Notes under the pieces: model-generated
The model's database searches: none
Seen by the model: only the letters and a program-made list of their open reading frames with translations
Told to the model about the DNA's origin: nothing
Program-made: the position numbers and the translations under genes
Part shown: positions 17,327-24,991 of the stretch, in pieces
Layout of the letters: the number at the start of each line of letters is the position of its first letter
Numbering within the stretch: the stretch's first letter is position 1
Assembly: GCA_019694475.1 (NCBI GenBank)
Contig: JAIBBX010000007.1
Coordinates: forward strand, 9,225-73,224
Reading direction: 5' to 3'
DNA: 64,000 nt
Origin: Parachlamydiales bacterium
Lineage (GTDB): Bacteria > Chlamydiota > Chlamydiia > Chlamydiales > SM23-39

Positions 17327-17839
17327 GTGAGTATTAATCCAATAAGAAGAGATCCTGTGGCCCACGTGCCTAGATCTAGCAAAGCGAAGGGGATTTCCCA
17401 AAGCGCAGCTACGGCTGCAAAAGTAGATCAAGTCGTACAGCTGCCTGTTGTGAAGCAAACGGGCTTAAGAGGTAGACAAGTTGCTCTTCTAAAGGATGCA
17501 ACCGATCTCTCCAAAAATATACGAAAGAACTGGGACATGCTAGCCCCCGAAGAGTTGGCAGAAAAGATCATCGATCTAGAGGATCGAGTCACCCTATTGA
17601 AAGGAGATTCTCCAGAAGTGGCTAAGGTGGTGAAGGAGGCTCGGACGCTCCATTTCCGATTTGTATATCCTGTGGCATTAGAGCTTGAGACATCGGGCAA
17701 GTCGATGCCCCCCTCTTTTGCTAAAACAGTTTATCACGCGGCTAAGCAGGTTTTTGATACGAATTCAGTGGCTCCATTCAAACAATTGAGCCCAGTGCAG
17801 CAACAAGAAGTAATCCGAATAGCAATGGGAGGTAAATGA
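17327..17839 (+). CDS. Hypothetical protein (about 170 aa)
   Basis: GGAGG at 17317-21 lies 5 nt before GTG at 17327; the ORF track begins at the in-frame TTG at 17315. I recognised no family. The stop overlaps the next ATG (ATGA). Confidence 0.5.
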   Translation: MSINPIRRDPVAHVPRSSKAKGISQSAATAAKVDQVVQLPVVKQTGLRGRQVALLKDATDLSKNIRKNWDMLAPEELAEKIIDLEDRVTLLKGDSPEVAKVVKEARTLHFRFVYPVALELETSGKSMPPSFAKTVYHAAKQVFDTNSVAPFKQLSPVQQQEVIRIAMGGK

Positions 17840-18117
17840 TGAGTCCTGAAGTATTATCTCACGCTATGAAAAGTTATGTTGAGGCTTTAAAGCATCAGGT
17901 ATCTGTTGCTGAAGCTTTTTTCTTTGGCCAGCTTGTGGAGGGGATGAACGGTCTTCTCCAATTGCCGGAAGATGTTCGATTAAAAATTGATCAGCTGATC
18001 TGGGAGGCTGCAGGAGGGGCAGCTATAGATCCGACTGAAAAAGAGTCGCAATCGTTGATCGCAGCCGCCATCATGCACTCTGTGGAGGAGAGAATGGGCA
18101 TGTTGGAAGAAGATTAG
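17836..18117 (+). CDS. Hypothetical small acidic protein (93 aa)
   Basis: It is translationally coupled to the upstream ORF, has an acidic C-terminus (EERMGMLEED), and is followed by the 50-bp palindrome. Confidence 0.45.
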   Translation: MMSPEVLSHAMKSYVEALKHQVSVAEAFFFGQLVEGMNGLLQLPEDVRLKIDQLIWEAAGGAAIDPTEKESQSLIAAAIMHSVEERMGMLEED

Positions 18118-18142
18118 GGGAGTATTCCTAAAAGATTCTTCT

Positions 18143-18248
18143 GTCGATTTTCTGGATTATTTTGGCCGATTGTCGCTTCATTTGATGGGGGGTATATGCC
18201 CCCCATCAAATGAAGCGACAATCGGCCAAAATAATCCAGAAAATCGAC
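18143..18248. repeat. Perfect 50-bp inverted repeat with a 6-nt loop (106-nt hairpin or cruciform)
   Basis: Left arm 18143-18192 is gtcgattttctggattattttggccgattgtcgcttcatttgatgggggg. Right arm 18199-18248 is its exact reverse complement, and the loop is tatatg. Imperfect complementarity continues outwards to about 18117-18273. Confidence 0.95.
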
Positions 18249-18312
18249 GAAGCAATCTTTTAGAAACACTCCCTTGTTGATAAAAAAATGTTGAGGTTGT
18301 ACGTTTCTGCGT

Positions 18313-18893
18313 ATGACCTCGCACACAAAAAGTTTAATCTCGGCCCTTGTCGTAGCCTTCTTAGATAACTTTGGCTACAGCATTGTATTCATCCTCTTTG
18401 CGCCACTCATCCTGAATCCAGAGTATGGGTTTTTCTCTGGAGCTGTGAGCGTAGGGGTTAAGAATTTGTGGCTCGGGGTATTGGTTGGTATTTTTCCGTT
18501 TTTCCTCTTTTTCGGCGCCCCCTTCTGGGGGATGTCGGAGATCGCTGGGGGAGAAAACGGGCGCTTGTCATAACTCTTTTAGGTACTGTTTTTGGCCACC
18601 TGCTCACCGCGGTGGCCATTTTTTTTCAGAGTTTTGTCTTTCTTCTCGCTGCTAGGGCTGTTTCAGGGTTTCTCTCAGGAAATGTCAGCATTTGCCTTGC
18701 AACCATTTCAGATGTGAGTCCCGATCCTAAAACCAAGGGACGCAATTTCGGACTCCTCACTGTGTTTTTCGGAATGGGATGGATTTTGGCTGAGAGTAGG
18801 AAATTCAACGGCATTTGTTGGGGGATCAGAAGAGATGGATTTTTTTGCAAAAGAAAAGCGACCTGTTGGTGCTTAACAGGATGTACAGGATAG
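18313..18893 (+). pseudogene. Frameshifted and 3'-truncated MFS transporter remnant
   Basis: Frame A (18313-18573) encodes TM-rich MTSHTKSLISALVVAFLDNFGYSIVFILFAP...FGAPFWG. The canonical MFS loop motif GDVGDRWGRKRALV continues in another frame (ORF 18468-18893). The switch maps to the C5/G5 homopolymers at 18518-18531. Only about 5-6 TM segments are present before the sequence degenerates into a REP-like element. Confidence 0.6.
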
Positions 18894-18994
18894 GAAAGAT
18901 ATACAGGATGGATTAGATTCCGGCCTATGGCCGGGCCGCTTTTGGCGGCGTAAAAAACCATTCTGTCCATCCTAACCATCCTGTCCATCTTGTT
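18875..18994. repeat. REP-like imperfect palindromic element built from ACAGGATGG-type 9-mers
   Basis: The left half reads acaggatgt|acaggatag|gaaagatat|acaggatgg. The central hairpin is ccggcc-tat-ggccgg (18920-18934). The right half reads ccattctgt|ccatcctaa|ccatcctgt|ccatcttgt. The motif is the same as in the element at 24923-24990. Confidence 0.8.
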
Positions 18995-18997
18995 ATT

Positions 18998-19771
18998 TTA
19001 TTTTTGCAGGAGCTCCCGCTTCAGTAGAGCAAAAGCCAAAAACGGATCGCGCATCGGTATTTTTTCCCCGTTTACCATGAGATAACCTTGAGAAAATCCT
19101 TTTTGGATTTCTTCGATTGGATAAGCAAGATTTCCAGCAATTGCTTCCGAATACTCGATATTCGAAAGTCCTTCTTGCGAACCATAAGCGATGTAGATGG
19201 GAACGATGGTTCCAATCGTTCCGCTATCAGGCGCCATTTCGCCCAAATATTCGATGGATGATGGAGTAAGTCCAGTCTCTTCTTTCATCTCGCGCAACGC
19301 AGCTTGTTCACCAGTTTCTCCCATTTTGATCATTCCTCGAGGGATTTCGAGCTCCCAAGACCTTGTTGCATGTCGGTAATTCAGGTTCAGGGCGATTTTT
19401 CCATCAGGCATGATGGGAAGAACTGCAACACCAGCATGCGGGCTATGCAATTGGTTTTTCCAAACGAGGCGATCGTAGGTTCCAGGAGTCCCATTTGGAA
19501 AAACAACAGCGTCTCGGATCCAAATCCAATATTGGTCTTGAGCTACTATTCCCACTTTACTAAAGCTTGCCGCTTCTTTTTCAGAATAACCTTTTTGCAT
19601 GAGCTGCTGTTTTTGAAAGGTTTCGATTTTTTCGATGTGTTCAGGTTCGGCTACAATTTCGATTTCCCCTTTGTTATGGTCTCCAAAGGAAGAGCCGAGC
19701 CTTTCTAAAACATCGAGATAACTGATTTGACCTGCATAAATTGCAGTGGCGAAGAACAATAAGATCTTCAT
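18998..19771 (-). CDS. NUDIX hydrolase with an N-terminal signal-like peptide
   Basis: The Nudix box is GMIKMGETGEQAALREMKEETG. The N-terminus is MKILLFFATAIYAGQ. The ATG overlaps the stop of the upstream ORF (ATGA at 19768-19771). Confidence 0.75.
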   Translation of the reverse strand: MKILLFFATAIYAGQISYLDVLERLGSSFGDHNKGEIEIVAEPEHIEKIETFQKQQLMQKGYSEKEAASFSKVGIVAQDQYWIWIRDAVVFPNGTPGTYDRLVWKNQLHSPHAGVAVLPIMPDGKIALNLNYRHATRSWELEIPRGMIKMGETGEQAALREMKEETGLTPSSIEYLGEMAPDSGTIGTIVPIYIAYGSQEGLSNIEYSEAIAGNLAYPIEEIQKGFSQGYLMVNGEKIPMRDPFLAFALLKRELLQK

Positions 19772-20481
19772 AGATTTTGTACCTCATTGGCAATAGGTGT
19801 ATAAATTTCGCGATTATAATCTGGATTTCGAGTTATATCCAAGGCGCAAGCCTGAATTTCATGGAGAAAATCAAATTGATCCCTGTTGAAATTCACGGAG
19901 AACTCTGGATCGATGCATTTGAGACAAACAGCAGTCCTTTCGATGGGGGGAAGCGATCGGTAATGCCTCATGATTCCATCTATCTGTTGCCGATGCCGCT
20001 CATGCGAGGCCGGAAAGAGCTGGGGATTTGAGTTTCTCAATGAATGGACGATGTAGACTTCGGCGCACCACTTAAAACTATCGATCAGCGGATCGCCCTC
20101 TTCAGGCATGCCGCCGTTCATGATTAATTCTTTATAGGCTCTCTTTCTGTCCAAAGGCAAAAAGCTAAAAGCTTCTGTTAAGGCATTTTTGAATTGTTCA
20201 GTATCCCTTCCTTCTTGAGGAAAAGGAGCTGCATTTTGGAGTCTTTGGAGGTTATCATCTCCGCTTGGCGGCGCATAGCAGGTCCTGGTTATCAAAGAGA
20301 AGGGAAGCAGAATGATATCGGCGAATAGGGCGGGCAGGCTGAGAAGAATCGAGAGGGCGATCGTCCCGACTTTTTTGCATAAATCTAAGCAGTCTTGCGG
20401 GTAGTCCCAAGAAGATCTTTGGAATTCAAAAAGAGTTTTGGTTAGCTCGAATGGTTGGCTGGTAGCAAGTAGAGTTGCCAT
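19768..20481 (-). CDS. Hypothetical membrane protein with a bilobed hydrophobic domain (Inc-like)
   Basis: A hydrophobic hairpin, VGTIALSILLSLPALFADIILLPFSLI, lies near the N-terminus. The rest is soluble and I recognised no family. Confidence 0.5.
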   Translation of the reverse strand: MATLLATSQPFELTKTLFEFQRSSWDYPQDCLDLCKKVGTIALSILLSLPALFADIILLPFSLITRTCYAPPSGDDNLQRLQNAAPFPQEGRDTEQFKNALTEAFSFLPLDRKRAYKELIMNGGMPEEGDPLIDSFKWCAEVYIVHSLRNSNPQLFPASHERHRQQIDGIMRHYRSLPPIERTAVCLKCIDPEFSVNFNRDQFDFLHEIQACALDITRNPDYNREIYTPIANEVQNL

Positions 20482-20555
20482 AGATTTTTAACACCTATTG
20501 CTATATGATTGGCTCAGCACTTTAATCAAACTCAATTTATTTTTAAAGAAGATTT

Positions 20556-21245
20556 GTGAACGAATTCTTGTTCCTGGCCCATATTTGGATCGTCATCGGT
20601 TTTGCGCTTGGAGCCCTGCGTTTCGGAAGCGGGGCGTTGACCGCATTCATTGCTTTGCAAGGAGTACTGGCCAATTTATTTGTAGTGAAACAGATCCATC
20701 TTTTTGGTTTTTCGGTTACCTGCAGCGATGTATTTGCAATCGGCGGAATTTTATCTCTCAATCTTCTTCAAGAGTATTTTGGCAAAGATGCAGCGAAGCG
20801 CGCGGTGAAAATCTCTCTCGGCGCACTTTTGTTTTTTGCTGCAATGTCTCAAATCCATCTCCTCTATGCGCCCACAGCACTCGATACGACTCATGATTCT
20901 TTCCTGAACATTTTTTCATCTTCGATGAGGATTGTTGCCGCATCGCTCGCCACCTTTTTCATCGTGCAGCAGTTCGACGTCCGCTTTTTTTCATTTCTCA
21001 AAGGAAAATTGCCGATCCGGATCGCCATTTCTCTATTCACTTCTCAATTGCTCGACACGATCTTGTTCAGCGTTCTCGGCCTTTACGGACTTGTCGAATC
21101 GCTTTTCGACATCATATTCATGAGCTTTATGATCAAATGCCTCATCATTTTGGCAAGCTCTCCCTTCACCGCTTTTTCAAAAAGGTTTGTCAAACTCGAC
21201 ATTGAACATTTTTTGGCGAGCAAATCCGAGGAAGGCGCCCGATGA
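20556..21245 (+). CDS. yhhQ: YhhQ/DUF165-family queuosine-precursor transporter
   Basis: 229 aa polytopic membrane protein with the ...SQLLDTILFSVLGLYG... pattern. It lies directly upstream of tgt. The start is GTG at 20556 according to the ORF track. Confidence 0.6.
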   Translation: MNEFLFLAHIWIVIGFALGALRFGSGALTAFIALQGVLANLFVVKQIHLFGFSVTCSDVFAIGGILSLNLLQEYFGKDAAKRAVKISLGALLFFAAMSQIHLLYAPTALDTTHDSFLNIFSSSMRIVAASLATFFIVQQFDVRFFSFLKGKLPIRIAISLFTSQLLDTILFSVLGLYGLVESLFDIIFMSFMIKCLIILASSPFTAFSKRFVKLDIEHFLASKSEEGAR

Positions 21246-21253
21246 TTTTATTA

Positions 21254-21303
21254 TTTTTTTGCTCGTCAATATTGGCAACGAACCCTATTGACGAGCAAAA
21301 AAA
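21254..21303. terminator. Hairpin between yhhQ and tgt (T7-stem-loop-A7, bidirectional-terminator-like)
   Basis: tttttttgctcgtcaata (21254-21271) pairs with tattgacgagcaaaaaaa (21286-21303) around a 14-nt loop. There is no separate downstream U-tract on the plus strand. Confidence 0.4.
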
Positions 21304-21366
21304 TGATAAAAGCGCGGGCGCTCTTCCCGGAGATGCTGTCCAAAAATGTTTAATGTTGAGTTAGGA

Positions 21367-22494
21367 ATGAAGTTTCGGTTTGAATTAATACATAAGTCAA
21401 AAAAATCGCGAGCCCGGGTGGGCCGCATCCATACGCCCCACGGGATCATCGACACCCCGAATTTTGTCGCTGTCGGAACGAATGGCACGCTAAAGGCGCT
21501 CGATAACCGGATGGTTGATTCGATTGGTTTGCAGCTGATGTTCTGCAACACCTACCATCTTCTGCTCCAGCCCGGACCCGATGTGGTCCGAAGGGCAGGC
21601 GGCCTTCACCGCTTCATCAACCGGCAGATGCCGATCATCACCGATTCAGGCGGCTTTCAGGTGTTTTCTCTCGCTTACGGCTCGGTTGCTGATGAGCTCA
21701 AAAGCCGAGGGGCGAAAAAACGAGATGGCCATGTATTGAAAATTTCGGAAGAGGGTGTTCATTTTAGGTCCTATCGCGATGGAAAAAAAGTGCTGCTGAC
21801 GCCGGAGACATCGATCCAAACGCAAAAAGCGCTGGGAGCCGATATCATTATTCCTCTCGATGAATTGCCGCCATACCACATTGGCAGCGACCAGCTGCGA
21901 CGCTCGCTAGATCGAACCCATAGATGGGAGATCCGCTCTCTTCAGGAACACCTCAAAGATCCTCAAAACCAAGCGATGTATGCCGTGATCCATGGCGGAG
22001 TCGATCCGGAAATGAGAAAACTGAGCTGCGATACTTTGAGCGAGCAGCCGTTTGATGGATTTTCGATTGGCGGCTCTCTCGGAAAAACCAAAGAAGAGAT
22101 GGTGGGGATGCTGACTGCTCTTTTGCCAAGACTTCCCGAAGAAAAGCCGAATCACTTGCTGGGAATTGGAGATTTAGAATCGCTCTCTCAATGCATTCCT
22201 CTCGGCATCGATACTTTTGACAGCTCTTATCCAACTAGAGCAGCCCGCCACGGCCTTCTTCTAACTCAGGAGGGAGGGATCAAAGTGGGGCGAGGCGATA
22301 ATGCCAACCATTTCGCCCCGATCGAACATGAATGCACTTGCTGGACTTGCCAAAATTTTACATTGGCTTATTTGCATCATTTATACAAAGCCAATGAGCT
22401 CACTTTCTTCACATTAGCCACTGTGCACAATCTCCATTTCATGGTTGAATTGATGCGCAAAGTGAGAGAAAGCATTCTCCAGGATCAAATTTGA
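21367..22494 (+). CDS. tgt: tRNA-guanine transglycosylase (queuine tRNA-ribosyltransferase)
   Basis: MKFRFELIHKSKKSRARVGRIHTPHGIIDTPNFVAVGTNGTLK aligns with Tgt N-termini. It also has TDSGGFQVFSL and the zinc motif CTCWTCQNFTLAYLHHL. An alternative in-frame ATG lies at 21346. Confidence 0.9.
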   Translation: MKFRFELIHKSKKSRARVGRIHTPHGIIDTPNFVAVGTNGTLKALDNRMVDSIGLQLMFCNTYHLLLQPGPDVVRRAGGLHRFINRQMPIITDSGGFQVFSLAYGSVADELKSRGAKKRDGHVLKISEEGVHFRSYRDGKKVLLTPETSIQTQKALGADIIIPLDELPPYHIGSDQLRRSLDRTHRWEIRSLQEHLKDPQNQAMYAVIHGGVDPEMRKLSCDTLSEQPFDGFSIGGSLGKTKEEMVGMLTALLPRLPEEKPNHLLGIGDLESLSQCIPLGIDTFDSSYPTRAARHGLLLTQEGGIKVGRGDNANHFAPIEHECTCWTCQNFTLAYLHHLYKANELTFFTLATVHNLHFMVELMRKVRESILQDQI

Positions 22495-24845
22495 GCCCTC
22501 TTTTTTCGTAAGTTAACCATTGTCCAGTAGGATAAATCAGTTCCTGGGGTCCGGCTTATTCTTGGTCTACTCAAAGAGCCAACTTCCAATAAAGGATCAA
22601 AAGGAGGCTGCATGAGTTCTTCAAGAAGTATCGATTCTTCACTGCTGACTCGGTCAAAATGCTGATCATCTTTTTCTAAACAAATCTCTGGGTTGAAGGT
22701 GTCCATTAATAAGGTCTTATCCGCTGTAATCAACCAGCCTGAATCTCTGATTGTTTTTGCAATTAGAGGCAAGAATTGAGGATATTCTTTGGGAGCAAAA
22801 AAAGCTCCTTTCATAAAGAATGCATCGATTCCAGCATTCAATGCGTCACGCAAGAGAGGAGGATAGGTGCCGGGCTCTGTAATATCAGCTGTAAAGAACG
22901 TCAAACTTCTCATTTTAGGAGCAGGAGATCCAAAATATTGCCAAGGAAAGTCGATTCGGACTGCTCCATTTTGCAAAGGCGTCAGTTTTATTTCATTCAA
23001 GTTGACTCCTATCGCATTGAGATCGATGAACAGTTTCATTGGCAAGTCGTGCATAATCTGTTTGCCTTTTTCCCAAATACTCTGCGATCCGCTAAATCTC
23101 GTCCTATAAGTTACAAAGTTCGATTTTCTCTCCAATTCCTTTTTAGCTTTTTCAAGAGCGTCGGGCTTTTTCAGAAGTTGCAAAGCTTGTTGGAGTTGTT
23201 CGAAAGAAGCTTCAGTCAAATCGACAAAATATAATTCAGTACCGTTTGTGCTTTGCAATACGCTTGTTGCATCTGCTCCTGAGCAGCCATAGACCACTCT
23301 AAAATCTCGTCCATCCGGGTTGACTACTCTGGCAAGAGAGCGAAAATACGCGTTGATGCACGGATCCAATTCTTGCATGCGAGTGTCAATATCGAGAATC
23401 TGTCCATATTTGGCCTTCATATTTCTTGGCAGCTGAGCAATTAGGGATAAAGCTTCTGGAGAATTTCTCTCTCCATTGTCCATCAGTTCGCGCAAACGAT
23501 TCTTTATTTCTTCAAGGGGGCGCTGTCTTGTCAGCGCTGAAAATCCCATTCTTTCAACCAAGTCATAGGCTCTATGATGATCTGAATTGGAACCGTTAAA
23601 AATCTCCTGGAATCCACTATCTGCAAGAATAGGTTTGTAATCATCGAGATTCCAGGGACGGCACATGGCAGATCGTACCCAAGTCTCCAGATCATCAGGG
23701 AGGAATTCGGGAGGCAATTGCTTCATGGTATCGAGAAAATGAACAAGCTGTTGATCATTTTGTTTGAGCCTTGTTAAAACATCCGGATTTCCTGCCTTTA
23801 CAAGTTTATGAGCTTCTCTCCATCTAGGCATGATTGTCCTGTCTACATAATCAGCCACCTGTTCAGCTTCTAAAACAAGAACAGATTCTTTCGGGAGCAG
23901 ATCTTCAGTTATACAGATATCTTTGTGGAACTGCAGATAGGCTGGGTCAACAATATATTTAGTCCCATCCGGTCCAGTTACTTCGACGATATTATGCGCT
24001 GTAGCTAGAGTTGCTCTCGGCTCTAGGTCCGAGCGGCCCATAAGCCTTGTTTTGTATCCAAGAACCTGCAAAGCCACTTCCATTACGCTTGCGGCGACTA
24101 GCCCTTGGCGATTATATCCAGTTGGGTTGCGAAAAGTCAGCGGATCATCAGGACAATGGGCCACATATAGAGGGTAATCGCTAAGATAAGTGCGAGTGAC
24201 GAGACGAACGAAGGGAACCAGCTGTGCGGCAACAGCTGCGAGTTCATTTTTGAAAGGACCATTCGCCGGATCTTTGATCATCTTCAGATGCGTCGCTAAA
24301 CATCGGCGGATAAATGCGGCACCCTGTTTTTGAATTTTATCCTTAGATACTTTTGCCAGCCCATGTTGCGTTTGACTTGCTTGAAGAGCTTCGGGAGTCG
24401 TTTGAGCCGTCAAAGCATTTTTCAAGGTGAAAATACGTCCCTCGATGGCGCCTCTCATCAGATCTTCAATGGGTTTTCCATTCAGTACATCGGCGCAGGC
24501 TTCATAAAAAAGAGGCAAAAGTTCTGGCTTAAAAGTCTCTCTCAATCGTTCTAACAACGGAGTTTCCTCAAACTGCTTACCAACAGCCTCAGCATCGCCA
24601 GGAATAGCCGTGCTGAGAAAAACGGCGATCTCATGCATGAGGGTCTGATCGGCGATAAATGTTGCCAAATTCATGTTCAATTTAGGATTGAACATCGCAT
24701 CGATCGGCATAGAGGTGCGTATCATTTGCAAAACAGTGTCTCTGACTGTGCGGACTCTTTGATCTCCTTGCGATTGGATAGGAGCTGGTGGAGTTTTGTA
24801 GTCTTCTTCATATTCTTTGTCTTTTCTAATGCTTAAAGATGACAT
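22485..24845 (-). CDS. Large hypothetical protein (786 aa), effector-like
   Basis: Long uninterrupted ORF with a charged, low-complexity N-terminus (MSSLSIRKDKEYEEDYKTPPAPIQSQGDQ). The central and C-terminal regions are discussed under findings. I could not confidently recognise a family. Confidence 0.6.
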   Translation of the reverse strand: MSSLSIRKDKEYEEDYKTPPAPIQSQGDQRVRTVRDTVLQMIRTSMPIDAMFNPKLNMNLATFIADQTLMHEIAVFLSTAIPGDAEAVGKQFEETPLLERLRETFKPELLPLFYEACADVLNGKPIEDLMRGAIEGRIFTLKNALTAQTTPEALQASQTQHGLAKVSKDKIQKQGAAFIRRCLATHLKMIKDPANGPFKNELAAVAAQLVPFVRLVTRTYLSDYPLYVAHCPDDPLTFRNPTGYNRQGLVAASVMEVALQVLGYKTRLMGRSDLEPRATLATAHNIVEVTGPDGTKYIVDPAYLQFHKDICITEDLLPKESVLVLEAEQVADYVDRTIMPRWREAHKLVKAGNPDVLTRLKQNDQQLVHFLDTMKQLPPEFLPDDLETWVRSAMCRPWNLDDYKPILADSGFQEIFNGSNSDHHRAYDLVERMGFSALTRQRPLEEIKNRLRELMDNGERNSPEALSLIAQLPRNMKAKYGQILDIDTRMQELDPCINAYFRSLARVVNPDGRDFRVVYGCSGADATSVLQSTNGTELYFVDLTEASFEQLQQALQLLKKPDALEKAKKELERKSNFVTYRTRFSGSQSIWEKGKQIMHDLPMKLFIDLNAIGVNLNEIKLTPLQNGAVRIDFPWQYFGSPAPKMRSLTFFTADITEPGTYPPLLRDALNAGIDAFFMKGAFFAPKEYPQFLPLIAKTIRDSGWLITADKTLLMDTFNPEICLEKDDQHFDRVSSEESILLEELMQPPFDPLLEVGSLSRPRISRTPGTDLSYWTMVNLRKKRAQI

Positions 24846-24922
24846 TTCGTTTCCTCAATTGAGTCTTATTTTTTTGGATGCGAAATTCTAACGAACGCAA
24901 TAATTAATGTCATGAAGTTAAT

Positions 24923-24990
24923 AAGAAAACAGGATGGACAGGATAGCCCTTCGCGGATGCGAAGGGCTATCCTGTCCATCCTGTTTTCTT
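24923..24990. repeat. REP-like perfect hairpin (32-bp stem, 4-nt loop); probable terminator of the 24992-25462 gene
   Basis: aagaaaacaggatggacaggatagcccttcgc (24923-24954), loop ggat, then the exact reverse complement at 24959-24990. It starts 1 nt after the stop codon at 24992-24994 and contains the ACAGGATGG motif shared with 18875-18994. Confidence 0.9.
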
Positions 24991-24991
24991 C

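Noticed and set aside
18626-18988. A 120-aa minus-strand ORF begins MDRMVRMDRMV.
   Set aside because: Its N-terminus is simply the translation of the 9-mer REP-like repeats, and the rest is antisense to the MFS remnant.
18875-18994. The phased 9-mer repeats were considered as a CRISPR array or a satellite.
   Set aside because: The units are contiguous with no spacers, are arranged as a palindrome, are only about 120 nt long, and have no cas genes nearby.
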